Source: a bacterium BMS3Abin14 (GTDB lineage: Bacteria; BMS3Abin14). From it: a stretch of 63,186 bases of DNA. Location of the stretch: the NCBI GenBank assembly GCA_002897695.1, contig BDTG01000013.1, positions 1-63,186 on the forward strand, given 5' to 3'. The first letter of the stretch is position 1. Every line of letters begins with the position of its first letter. A program made the translations under genes and the position numbers. This document shows, in pieces, positions 38,442 through 50,359 of this stretch. Below the pieces are notes generated by a model. The model had not been told where the DNA came from, searched no databases, and saw only the letters and a list, made by a program, of their open reading frames with translations.

Positions 38442-39605
38442 TCAAAGCCCCTTTCCGTGATCCCCGTACACCGTTCCCTTCCACCTGACCCCCCCGTAAA
38501 TATGATATGCGGCTGCCGACCTGATAATGGCCGCCACCTGCAGGATGGCCCCCAAGGGGAACGTCGGAAAAAACAGCCAGGGGACATCGGTGTGTCGGCC
38601 TGCCTGCCTGTATATGAGGCCGAAGGCCGGCCATGCGGCAAGGCCCGTCAGGGCGGCCCACCCGGCCCAGGGCCATCCGAACGCAGCATGAAGGATGGGG
38701 GTCAGGAAGGGAACAAGTGCAGCCGTGAGAAGCGCGATGCATCCTCCGGCTGCTCTGAGAGGATTGTAGCCGAATCCGGCGTAGGCGTTTTTCTCAACCC
38801 CTTTAATAAGCCCCCTTAAGCCCGCATTCCAGCGCACCCAAAGGGATCCCCGCCCCCCCACGACCCGCTGGAAACTGCCGGTCCTTCTCAGGTTCCGTCC
38901 CAGGACGAGGTCATCGATCACCTCGTCTGACAGGGCGTGGTGCTCACCCGCTCTGTGATATGCTTCCTTGCGAACCAGGTTGAACGCACCGGTCCCGAGA
39001 AAGCTTTTCGAGGCCTGGTCGTTCACCCTCCACCCCCGAAGCCACGTCAGGAGAATGACCACAAAACAGGAGACGAACACTTTTTCCCAGAATCCCCGAG
39101 TCCTCAGTTCAGGTGCGACCACCAGATGATCCATCCCCTCGCACACTGCAAAGTTCAGAGCTCTTTCGATGCACCCTGTCTCGAAGTGAACGTCGGCGTC
39201 GGTGAACAGCAGCCACTCCCCTTTTGAGGCATCGGCTCCTATCTGCATGGCGTAGGTTTTTCCAATCCATCCCGCGGGAAGGTCCGCTACGTTGAGCACC
39301 CGAATCCTTGCGTCCCCCCGGGCCATCGTCATGGCCAACTCACCTGTGCTGTCCGAGGAACGGTCGTTGACCAGAATTACCTCTGCATTGGAAGGAATGC
39401 TGTCAAGGACGCTGGACAGGGCCGGCCCGAGGGAGTCGGCCTCATCGCGTGCGGGAATGACCACCGAAAGAACAGGAAACTCCCCGGTCACCGGATCCGG
39501 CAACGAAACCAGATCGGGCATCTTTCTCGATCCGGCGGCCCATGACAGCGCCACCCACCACCAGAACCCACAGGCTAGAATGTTAAGAAGTAAAAGAATC
39601 AGCAT
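38442..39605 (-). CDS. Family-2 glycosyltransferase with C-terminal multi-TM region
   Basis: LSVVIPARDEADSL...LVNDRSSD...TDAD motif set, then about five TM helices. Confidence 0.75.
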   Translation of the reverse strand: MLILLLLNILACGFWWWVALSWAAGSRKMPDLVSLPDPVTGEFPVLSVVIPARDEADSLGPALSSVLDSIPSNAEVILVNDRSSDSTGELAMTMARGDARIRVLNVADLPAGWIGKTYAMQIGADASKGEWLLFTDADVHFETGCIERALNFAVCEGMDHLVVAPELRTRGFWEKVFVSCFVVILLTWLRGWRVNDQASKSFLGTGAFNLVRKEAYHRAGEHHALSDEVIDDLVLGRNLRRTGSFQRVVGGRGSLWVRWNAGLRGLIKGVEKNAYAGFGYNPLRAAGGCIALLTAALVPFLTPILHAAFGWPWAGWAALTGLAAWPAFGLIYRQAGRHTDVPWLFFPTFPLGAILQVAAIIRSAAAYHIYGGVRWKGTVYGDHGKGL

Positions 39606-39719
39606 AATCTCAAATCCGTCTCAGGCCCTTCCCGGTTGATTTGTCGGTCAAAATACATTATGGCAGAATATGAACGGTTTTTCTGACATCCCATTTTACT
39701 CCATTCCGGGGATCGGTCT

Positions 39720-40499
39720 ATGAGATTTGATGAAGTTTTCCTGTCGGTAGTTCTGGGGGCAATCATGCTCCTCTCCATCGGGTCCCAGTCGGCCGTTACA
39801 GCATCACCTCTTCCCGGGGAGGAGATCAATGCATTTTTGACGGAGTTCGATTTTTCAGGAGGAAGCGGGGAGAACTTCGCACTGTACCAGGTCCGGTGGG
39901 GGGACCACCGATCCTTTGAACGGATCGTGATGGAGTTCAAGGGTAAGGATACGGACACACAGCAACATGGATTGCCGCGCATGGAAGTTGAAAAGGAGGA
40001 GTATCCCGCAAGGGTCACAATACGTCTGCCGGGCGTGCCGACCCGAATGAAAGAGATCTACACCGTCAGGCACCCGTTCTCAAAAAGCCGCATGCTGTCG
40101 GGCCTTGATCTTTTTGATTCCTGCGGCAGTGGCCAACTCCTGGCCCTGATTCCATCGAGGCCCCTTGAATACAGAATATTCACCCTCTGGAACCCCGCCC
40201 GGCTGGTAATTGACTTCAGGCCGACAACAACCGTCCCCCCCGACAGGGTGAGATACTTCCTCCGAACCTTCCCACTCTTCGGTGACCAGGTATGCGCATT
40301 CAAAAAAGCCGCCCTGAAGGATGGCATCATCGGCCGTCTTCTCACCGACGCGTCCGGGAACACATTTGGAGAGGCGGGCGTATTTGACCAGCCCGAGAAT
40401 GCCTTCGCTGCGAAAAAGCGCCTCGGGAAACTAGACGAACAGTTCTCCCTTGTGATCAAGGCTCGAGGAATAATGAAGACGCCGGAGGTCCTGCCCTAG
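39720..40499 (+). CDS. Hypothetical secreted protein; the C-terminal ~80 aa is weakly SPOR-like
   Basis: Signal peptide. ORF with good periodicity. Confidence 0.45.
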   Translation: MRFDEVFLSVVLGAIMLLSIGSQSAVTASPLPGEEINAFLTEFDFSGGSGENFALYQVRWGDHRSFERIVMEFKGKDTDTQQHGLPRMEVEKEEYPARVTIRLPGVPTRMKEIYTVRHPFSKSRMLSGLDLFDSCGSGQLLALIPSRPLEYRIFTLWNPARLVIDFRPTTTVPPDRVRYFLRTFPLFGDQVCAFKKAALKDGIIGRLLTDASGNTFGEAGVFDQPENAFAAKKRLGKLDEQFSLVIKARGIMKTPEVLP

Positions 40500-40521
40500 A
40501 AATCGTGCCGGTCGAACAAAT

Positions 40522-41406
40522 TTACCCCTTTTCGTTCTCCTCCAGTTCCGATGACAGTGTCTTTGCCATCTCCCTGAAAAGTCCGCCGACGGGGCTTTCC
40601 TTCTGCAATGCCACCGGCATGCCGTCATCGCCGGACGGTCCAACCTCGATGGAAAGGGGAATGGTTCCAAGAAACGGGATCTTTTCCTTCTTCGCCAGTT
40701 CCATACCACCCCCCTGCTGGAAGGGGCTGCTGGTCTCATGACAGTGAGGGCACAGATACCCGCTCATGTTCTCCACTACCCACAGCCGGGGCAGCTTCAT
40801 CTGCCGGCAGAAGGTGATGGACTTTCTCACCGCGGCCAGGGAAACCTCCTGCGGGGTCGTTACGATAATCGCGCCCGTGGGTTTTTCCAGAAGCTGAACA
40901 ATGGAAAGGGGCTCGTCACCGGTCCCGGGAGGACAGTCCACCAGAAGGTAATCCAGATCGCCCCACTGGACATCGCGGAGAAGCTGTTTGATGGCCCCCG
41001 CCTTCATGGGGCCCCGCCAGATAAGGGCGTCATTCTGATCACGAAGGAAAAAGCCGATAGAAATTACCTTAAGACCCCATTCCGTTTCAACCGGATAGAG
41101 CATCTCCGATTCAGACTGAACTGGCTGCCTCCCAACGAGATCGAGCATTGTAGGCACCGTGGGCCCGTGGAAATCGACGTCGATGAGGCCGACCTTGTTC
41201 CCCGCCTCGGTAAGAGCCGTGGCCAGATTAACAGCAACGGTGGATTTCCCCACTCCGCCCTTCCCGCTCATGACTATGATCGTGTGTTTGATCCTGTCCA
41301 TGTTCCTCTTTATGGCGGCTGAACCATCGTCCTGCTCCGGGGACCAACCCTGTGTATTCCCGCCTGCCGAACATGATCCGCTGCCGCATCCGCTGTTTTC
41401 GCTCAT
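40522..41406 (-). CDS. apbC: Mrp/NBP35-family Fe-S cluster carrier ATPase
   Basis: Walker A SGKGGVGKST and the CPHC motif. Confidence 0.85.
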   Translation of the reverse strand: MSENSGCGSGSCSAGGNTQGWSPEQDDGSAAIKRNMDRIKHTIIVMSGKGGVGKSTVAVNLATALTEAGNKVGLIDVDFHGPTVPTMLDLVGRQPVQSESEMLYPVETEWGLKVISIGFFLRDQNDALIWRGPMKAGAIKQLLRDVQWGDLDYLLVDCPPGTGDEPLSIVQLLEKPTGAIIVTTPQEVSLAAVRKSITFCRQMKLPRLWVVENMSGYLCPHCHETSSPFQQGGGMELAKKEKIPFLGTIPLSIEVGPSGDDGMPVALQKESPVGGLFREMAKTLSSELEENEKG

Positions 41407-41536
41407 TGTTCTCCTCTCATGTTTACCGCCAAGACAGCCCTGACGATTATCGCCGGCCGTAGCTTAATATAAGACGGGCGGGGCGGGTGTCAATGTTTTT
41501 ACATGATATTCTAATTGAGGGGTTGCTGCCGATTTT

Positions 41537-42214
41537 CTACGGGATGATCTCTTTGAAGGTCTCAACGGAATAGAAGCGTCCGGGTTTTCCAGGCGGCCGA
41601 GCGCTGCTGGGCTTGAGAATGTGGACGAGATAGCGAATCTTGAAACGCCGGGCCGTCTCCAGGACGGACACGGTATCCTCGGCGAGAAAAGTCCTGGCCG
41701 GATCGAACATCATCTCCCGCCTGAGAGCCACCCAGAAACGCAGGTCCTCCTTCGGCGCTCCAAGTTCCTGGGATGTAAAGACCGCGTGGAACATGCCTCC
41801 CAGGGAGGTCTTCTTCATTTTGAGGTCCAGTGTCTTGCCGTGGGCGTTGGTAACCAGGCAGACCTCTTTTCCCGCCTCCCTTACCCCCGTCAAAAAGTCG
41901 GGGACAAAAGGGTGAACCGCGATGAGGTGGGCCACCTGCTCCTTGAGAGCAGGTATGTCCAGCCCGAGTTCTCCCGACCAGTAGTCCAGGCTGGTCCAGT
42001 TCAAGGTCCCTTCCTGGGCACGGTAACGCGGCATGAGCTTCCCTTTGGCCTCCTCCAGGGACATCCCGTGTGCCAGTGCATACTGCTCCGGCACGTACTC
42101 CTCCCAGAAGTGATCATCGAAGTGCTTGTCCAACAGGGTGCCGTCCATGTCCAGCAGGACGAGATCGATATGGTCCCACCGGGGAGGTGATTTGAGCGGA
42201 GCGATTGGCCTCAT
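41537..42214 (-). CDS. HAD-superfamily hydrolase
   Basis: Motif I LLDMDGTL. ATGA overlap with the upstream ccsB stop. Confidence 0.7.
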   Translation of the reverse strand: MRPIAPLKSPPRWDHIDLVLLDMDGTLLDKHFDDHFWEEYVPEQYALAHGMSLEEAKGKLMPRYRAQEGTLNWTSLDYWSGELGLDIPALKEQVAHLIAVHPFVPDFLTGVREAGKEVCLVTNAHGKTLDLKMKKTSLGGMFHAVFTSQELGAPKEDLRFWVALRREMMFDPARTFLAEDTVSVLETARRFKIRYLVHILKPSSARPPGKPGRFYSVETFKEIIP

Positions 42215-43266
42215 GACACAGGCCCGACACCGGACGGAAGGATTCCAAGATACCCCGCCAGAGCCCAGATGGTCCCGAGGGACAGGATCAGCGCCCCCAC
42301 GATTACGAACCACACACCCGGATCACGATTGACCCTGAAAACCCCGTAGACCGATTCGATAAGTTGACCGAGGGCGATGCCATTTCCGGCAATGATCGCC
42401 CTGTCAATCATGCCTGGAGCCGGGGATAGATAGGCCGAGCCCAGGACCTGCCCCCCGGCGTTCTTGACGAGAACGAGGAGTCCGGGACCTATGGCGTTCC
42501 CCATCCTCTCCCCCCTCTGCAAAACCCCTCCCAGTTCCAGCACCCTGCCCCCTCCCAGGGAAACCGTCCTCCCGGGGACAAGACGTACCGCCCCGGCGGT
42601 CTGCGTCCCTAAAACACCCCCGATAACCCCTGCGCCATAATCCTCCGGAGGATATACCACCGTGTTGCCATAAATGTGCGGATGGTTCAGCCGCAGGCTG
42701 CCCTGGGAAACCCTGGAACCGCCGGCAAAAAGGCTGACACGGCTGTGTGTATCCATAGGGCGGCCCCGGGGCGACTGAATAACCGTCAGGTTATCCAACC
42801 GCAACGACATCCCCATGCCGGGCACTTTTACCGTCTCGCCCTCCGACACGCTGACCCTTGCCCTGACGCCCCATGCGCTCCCGATTACGAACCCGGTGAA
42901 TACCAGGAGAAAACCCAGGTGGACAAGGACCTCACCGAGACCCCTTATCCTCTTCCTCCTGCGGATAAACCAGTTCACGGTACACATCAGAAGGCTGATG
43001 ATCATAAGGTAGGAGAGCGCCACCAGGACGTATATCCACAGGGAAAGAGGGAAAATTTTCGGGGCCACCTGACGCATCCACAGGCTGAACGGATAGGAAT
43101 CCATTTTGACCCAGAACTGTGGATCGTTGAAGTAGGCCGCGATGGAACCGGCACCCAGATCGACGCACCAGAGAATGCTCAGGACAACGAATGTCACCGG
43201 GGACACGGCCGTCCGCCAGAGTAATCCGGGGATGTTCCCTGATCTGTCTTCAGGTTTTTTGTTCAT
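42211..43266 (-). CDS. ccsB: Cytochrome c biogenesis protein ResB/Ccs1 (system II)
   Basis: N-terminal TM helices and a large periplasmic domain. Paired with ccsA. Confidence 0.7.
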   Translation of the reverse strand: MNKKPEDRSGNIPGLLWRTAVSPVTFVVLSILWCVDLGAGSIAAYFNDPQFWVKMDSYPFSLWMRQVAPKIFPLSLWIYVLVALSYLMIISLLMCTVNWFIRRRKRIRGLGEVLVHLGFLLVFTGFVIGSAWGVRARVSVSEGETVKVPGMGMSLRLDNLTVIQSPRGRPMDTHSRVSLFAGGSRVSQGSLRLNHPHIYGNTVVYPPEDYGAGVIGGVLGTQTAGAVRLVPGRTVSLGGGRVLELGGVLQRGERMGNAIGPGLLVLVKNAGGQVLGSAYLSPAPGMIDRAIIAGNGIALGQLIESVYGVFRVNRDPGVWFVIVGALILSLGTIWALAGYLGILPSGVGPVS

Positions 43267-43373
43267 ATCTTTTAGCTTCCGCTGCGGCTCCTACAGTCGC
43301 CCCACGGGATTGCTTCGCGTAGAGTCGGCTCGCAATGATTTCGTTTGATTCGCCGCTATTGTACATCGGGCTT

Positions 43374-43476
43374 CCCACACGCCCATACGCCCCTACTCCC
43401 ACACACCCATACTCCCTTATTGCCCTTTCTCCGTGTCTGTTCTTCCCCTCTGGACTCTGGACTCTGGACTCTCTGC
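43374..43476. repeat. Intergenic short-tandem-repeat array: CCCAyAC-type 7-8-mers x5, then (CTCTGGA)x3
   Basis: Direct reading. Shares the CTCTGGA unit with 29911-29930 and 52174-52203. Confidence 0.6.
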
Positions 43477-43490
43477 TTCCATGCTCCCGC

Positions 43491-44273
43491 CTAAATAAGC
43501 GGGTGGGATGTCTTGAACAACAGCCCCAGCCCCAGATAGGTGAACAGGACCAGGACGAAACCGGCCAATGCCAGGAGGTTCAGGGGCCAATCCTGCCAGC
43601 CCGGTCTGTTACGCACGTGGAGAACCCCCGAATAGTAGAACCACAGTATCCACGACCACAGGTTCTTGATCTTCCACGTCCAGTAGGACCCCCAGGCCAG
43701 ATATGCCCAGAGACTGCCGACGATCATGGCCCAGGAAAAAAGTATGTACCCGACATAGAGGCTTTCGTCGAGCATACGTCTTCCATCGCCCGTTTCGGAG
43801 GGCCTCAGTGCGAGAAGCCGGTACAGACCCAGGAGAGCGGCAATGGCGAAAAGCCCGTAGGCCGCAAAGGATGTGGCAACGTGGATGAGGAACAGGGGCG
43901 TGTCGATGGCAGGGGTCAGGGGCGCCACAGTTTTCGGCCCTACGGAGGCGAAAAGCAGCGCCGCCTCGGCCATGACGAGGGCGGCGGGCAGGAACGGGTA
44001 TGCCCGGTACCGGAAGGTGAAATACAGCGCCGCCGTCACGACCCAGAGTGCAAGGAACTGCTGGGTCTCAAAAAGGCCGGTAACCGGCAGATGTCCTCCC
44101 GCGCTCCATCGGAGGACCAGAAGAATAATCTGGCAGAAAAGGCCCATGGCCGTCATCGCAGGAGCGGCGACACGGGGGATTTTACCAGTCGCAAGGAACA
44201 GGCAGACCAGCACAAAGGCAAGGCCATAGAATCCCAGAGACAGATAGTGTAGGAGGTAGGTAGTTTCGATCAT
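43491..44273 (-). CDS. ccsA: Cytochrome c-type biogenesis protein CcsA/ResC (heme handling, WWD domain)
   Basis: W-rich motif WGSYWTWKIKNLWS plus conserved His residues. Confidence 0.85.
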   Translation of the reverse strand: MIETTYLLHYLSLGFYGLAFVLVCLFLATGKIPRVAAPAMTAMGLFCQIILLVLRWSAGGHLPVTGLFETQQFLALWVVTAALYFTFRYRAYPFLPAALVMAEAALLFASVGPKTVAPLTPAIDTPLFLIHVATSFAAYGLFAIAALLGLYRLLALRPSETGDGRRMLDESLYVGYILFSWAMIVGSLWAYLAWGSYWTWKIKNLWSWILWFYYSGVLHVRNRPGWQDWPLNLLALAGFVLVLFTYLGLGLLFKTSHPLI

Positions 44274-44413
44274 CCCGGCTCCTGCAGGAGGTTCTCAGAA
44301 CGCAGGTTTCGATTTTCAGCCATGTATTCGCGTTCTGAATTCTCAAACTGACCGGGGGATGGTACCATAACTGAAAAATTATTATAGTCCCTACCGGAAA
44401 TGGAGCGGCACGG

Positions 44414-46528
<2,115 letters not shown>

Positions 46529-46649
46529 ACAGATTGAAGATCCACCCTTTATTGCTGATGCCCCACCTTCTTGACACCCACACCGGCCCCTGATACGTTC
46601 GGCGAAACCCGACAACCTTAACCTTATCCCCACCTTTCAGGAGCAGGAA

Positions 46650-48638
46650 ATGGATATTGAAAACCTTTCCATCAACACCCTTCGCATGCTGGCGGTGGAC
46701 GCAGTTCAGAAGGCCAATTCCGGACATCCCGGCATGCCCATGGGCGCGGCCCCCATGGCCTGCGTTCTGTGGACGGATATACTGAAACACAACCCGGGCA
46801 ACCCAAAATGGCCGGACCGTGACCGCTTCGTCCTCTCGGCAGGACACGGGTCCATGCTCCTGTACGCCCTTCTCTATCTCACCGGATACGACCTGTCGCT
46901 GGATGACCTGAAAAACTTCCGCCAGTGGGGATCCCGGACCCCGGGTCATCCCGAGGTGCACATGACCCCGGGGGTAGAAACCACCACCGGGCCCCTGGGA
47001 CAGGGGATCGCCAACGCAGTCGGGATGGCCATCGCCGAAGAGCACCTGGCCGCCCGCTTCAATCGGCCCGGCTTCACCCTGGTCGACCACTATACCTACG
47101 TCATTGCCGGAGACGGGGATCTCATGGAGGGCATCTCGTCAGAGGCATGCTCCCTTGCCGGACATCTCGGCCTGGGAAAGCTCGTATTGCTTTACGACGA
47201 TAATCATATATCCATAGAAGGTTCAACCGAACTTGCCTTCACCGAGAACCGGCTGGAACGATTTGACGCTTATGGATGGCACACACAGGAGGTCCCGGAC
47301 GGGAACGACACGGCGGCAATCCGCACGGCCATTCAAAACGCCAGGAAGAACACTGACCGGCCTTCCATCATCGCCGTTCGCACCCACATCGGGTTCGGGA
47401 GCCCAAACAAGCAGGACACCTCGGCGGCCCACGGGTCCCCTCTCGGGGAGGAAGAGGTCATCTTGACCAAGAGGAACCTTGGATGGCCCACAGACCAGAC
47501 TTTTTTCGTCCCGGATGAGGCCATGAGACATTTTCGCGCCTGTCTGGAAAAGGGCTCAGCCCTCGAGGAAAAATGGAAGGGCTTTTTTGCCAGCTACGAA
47601 AGAAAATTTCCTGAGATGTCGGACCAGTGGCGTCAGATGTGGAGCGCCGATCTTCCCCGGGGGTGGGAGGAGGCCCTCCCCGAACTTTCGGGTGAGGATA
47701 TGGCCAGCCGGGCCGCCTCGGGGAAGGTAATAAATGCCCTGGCCCCGGTCCTGCCCCGCCTCCTGGGCGGATCAGCCGACCTTGCTCCCTCCAATAATAC
47801 ATGGATCAAGGGTGAGGCTGCTTTTTCAAGGGAGGATCGATCAGGAAGGAATTTTCACTTCGGGGTCCGGGAACACGGAATGGGAGGCATCGCCAACGGC
47901 ATGGCCCTGCATGGTGCTCTGCATCCGTACATCGGTACGTTTCTCATCTTCTCCGACTACATGAAACCGGCCATACGGCTGGCCAGCCTCGAAAAATGTC
48001 CTGTTACCTACATCTTCACCCACGACAGTATCGGCCTGGGCGAGGACGGGCCAACTCATCAGCCGATTGAACAGCTTGCCGCGCTGCGATCCATTCCAGG
48101 CCTCATCGACCTTCGCCCCGCCGACGCCTCTGAGACAGCGCAAGCCTGGAAGGTGGCCCTCGAGGCCGAGGGTCCCGCGGCCCTCATCCTGACCAGGCAG
48201 AAGCTGAGATCCATCGATCGAACGAACGCTCCTCCGGCAAGTGAGATCGCCAGGGGCGCATATATTCTATCGGATCCATCCGAAGAACCGCGTGCCATCA
48301 TTTTCGCCGGCGGGTCTGAGATCAGTCCGGCCCTGGAGGCGGTAAAACTTCTCGGAAACAGCGACATTCCCGTCCGTCTGGTTAACGTGGTGAGCTTCGA
48401 GCTTTTCAATCGACAGCCGGATAAGTACAGGGATGAGGTCCTCCTTTCCGGAATCACCGCCAGACTGGCTGTTGAGGCGGCTTCCCCATTCGGCTGGGAG
48501 CGCTTCGTCGGTATTGAAGGAAGGATTATCGGCATCAACCGGTTCGGCGCATCGGCCCCGGGCAACGTGAACATGGAAAAATTCGGCTTCACGGCCGGGA
48601 ATATTGCCGGGGCGGTGAGGGGGCTCCTGGCCGAATAG
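46650..48638 (+). CDS. tkt: Transketolase
   Basis: Complete TPP-binding and pyrimidine-binding domains ([11 protein letters not shown]..., GDGDLMEG...). Confidence 0.9.
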   Translation: MDIENLSINTLRMLAVDAVQKANSGHPGMPMGAAPMACVLWTDILKHNPGNPKWPDRDRFVLSAGHGSMLLYALLYLTGYDLSLDDLKNFRQWGSRTPGHPEVHMTPGVETTTGPLGQGIANAVGMAIAEEHLAARFNRPGFTLVDHYTYVIAGDGDLMEGISSEACSLAGHLGLGKLVLLYDDNHISIEGSTELAFTENRLERFDAYGWHTQEVPDGNDTAAIRTAIQNARKNTDRPSIIAVRTHIGFGSPNKQDTSAAHGSPLGEEEVILTKRNLGWPTDQTFFVPDEAMRHFRACLEKGSALEEKWKGFFASYERKFPEMSDQWRQMWSADLPRGWEEALPELSGEDMASRAASGKVINALAPVLPRLLGGSADLAPSNNTWIKGEAAFSREDRSGRNFHFGVREHGMGGIANGMALHGALHPYIGTFLIFSDYMKPAIRLASLEKCPVTYIFTHDSIGLGEDGPTHQPIEQLAALRSIPGLIDLRPADASETAQAWKVALEAEGPAALILTRQKLRSIDRTNAPPASEIARGAYILSDPSEEPRAIIFAGGSEISPALEAVKLLGNSDIPVRLVNVVSFELFNRQPDKYRDEVLLSGITARLAVEAASPFGWERFVGIEGRIIGINRFGASAPGNVNMEKFGFTAGNIAGAVRGLLAE

Positions 48639-48668
48639 AGCTCAAAAGGAGTTTCCGGAGAGAAGGAC

Positions 48669-50006
48669 ATGGACACTGACGGTGAAGGAATCCTCCGGAT
48701 TCTCAGCTTTCTGAGGACCGGGATATGGAGAACTCACTCGGAGGATCTGCCCGGGGTAAGGGGGGTATTCCTCAACGGTCTCAAGATATTCCTCATTGCC
48801 CTGAGGAAGTTCAGAACCGATAACTGCCCCTTGAGGGCCTCAGCCCTGACCTATTACACCGCATTGTCCATCGTTCCGGTCTTCGCCCTTATCTTCGCCA
48901 TCGCAAAAGGCTTCGGCTTCGAGAAGCTCCTTCAAAGACAGATCCTGCAGCAGATACCTGAACATGAGGACATCATGCTCAGGATCCTTGATTTTGCGCG
49001 TTCCCTTCTCCAGAACACACGGGGCGGGCTCATCGCCGTTATCGGCGTCCTTTTTCTCCTCTGGACGATTATCAAGGTGGTGGGACACGTCGAGTTTTCC
49101 TTAAACGAGATCTGGCAGGTAAAAAGGCAGCGCAGCCTCCCCAGGAAATTCACCGACTACCTGTCCATCACCCTCATCTGCCCCTTTATCATTCTCCTTT
49201 CCAGCAGCGCCACGGTGTTCATCAACACGCACATGGCCCAGTTTGCCGCCCATCTGGGACTCCAGCGCATTGCGGGGCACATCCTGCTGCTGACAACCAC
49301 CCTTTCACCCTACGTTCTCATGTGGATCCTGTTCGCCCTGATCTACCTCGTCATTCCCAACACCCGGGTACGGTTGCCCTCCGCTGTTGCGGCCGCCCTG
49401 GTGGCCGGGACTGTATATCAGGTCACCCAGTTGGTGTTCTTGAGGTTTCAGGTGGGGGTCTCCAGGTTCAACGCCATTTACGGTGGATTCTCTGCGTTGC
49501 CCCTGCTTCTTATCTGGATTCAGTTGAGCTGGATGATCGCACTCATGGGAGCCGAGATCTCCTTCGCCATTCAGAACGTGGAAACGTATGAGCCCCCCAT
49601 CGAGGCGCTGAGGATAAGCCCCCTCAACAGGAGAATTATTTCCCTAGCCATTATCCATCTGATTGTGAAACGATTCTTCGAGGGGAAAGAGGCGCTTTCA
49701 TCCCAAGGGATATCGAGGTCCCTTGGAATACCATTCGCAATCGTGGTGGATGTAACCGCCCAGGGGGTGGCCGGTGGGCTCATCTGCCTGACCGAGACTG
49801 CCGATGGGACAGGCCCTGCCTTTCTGCCGGCGAGCGACATCGATGGATTCACGATTTCCCGCGTATTGGAGATGCTGGAAAATGTCCCTCCCGGGGATCT
49901 GCCGGCTTCCCCGAGTGACGATATGGATCGGCTTACAGAGGCGCTCGCATCATTTGGCCGGGAAATGGACCGGTCACCCGACAACAGGCTGCTCAAGGAT
50001 ATCTAG
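48669..50006 (+). CDS. YihY/BrkB-family membrane protein with a C-terminal extension
   Basis: ALTYYTALSIVPVFALIFAI motif and six TM helices. Confidence 0.75.
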   Translation: MDTDGEGILRILSFLRTGIWRTHSEDLPGVRGVFLNGLKIFLIALRKFRTDNCPLRASALTYYTALSIVPVFALIFAIAKGFGFEKLLQRQILQQIPEHEDIMLRILDFARSLLQNTRGGLIAVIGVLFLLWTIIKVVGHVEFSLNEIWQVKRQRSLPRKFTDYLSITLICPFIILLSSSATVFINTHMAQFAAHLGLQRIAGHILLLTTTLSPYVLMWILFALIYLVIPNTRVRLPSAVAAALVAGTVYQVTQLVFLRFQVGVSRFNAIYGGFSALPLLLIWIQLSWMIALMGAEISFAIQNVETYEPPIEALRISPLNRRIISLAIIHLIVKRFFEGKEALSSQGISRSLGIPFAIVVDVTAQGVAGGLICLTETADGTGPAFLPASDIDGFTISRVLEMLENVPPGDLPASPSDDMDRLTEALASFGREMDRSPDNRLLKDI

Positions 50007-50359
50007 CAGGTTGTCATCGCATTTCACTCAGGGCTTTCCCCTTCGCTGAAGCTATGGGGGACAAGCGCAATGACACCTCTCTCGTATTCGCGTTCCTTTC
50101 TGTCCAGAAAACAGGGTGTTGGAAACCAGGATCAGGAAGCGTCATCCACAAGAAACCCTGGTTCCGGACCGTTGACCAATATTCAGTTTTCCATTATTAG
50201 TAGGATTGAAAAAATCCATTGATGACCTTTTAAGGTGATGGAGTTCACCATGAAACTGCCCTGAGGGGATAATGACTCCTGACAAGATCGCATGCCGGCA
50301 GGGCCGTGGGATCGGCCGTCGAGAGGCTCTGCCGGACATAGACCTGGAGGAGTCGAAAT

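Noticed and set aside
38397-38819. 140-aa plus-strand ORF
   Set aside because: Antisense to the glycosyltransferase gene, which has clear GT2 motifs. No independent support.
43335-44252. 305-aa plus-strand ORF
   Set aside because: It is entirely antisense to the well-supported ccsA gene and runs through the tandem-repeat array. Its composition is Pro/Arg/Gly-rich and typical of a GC-rich antisense frame.
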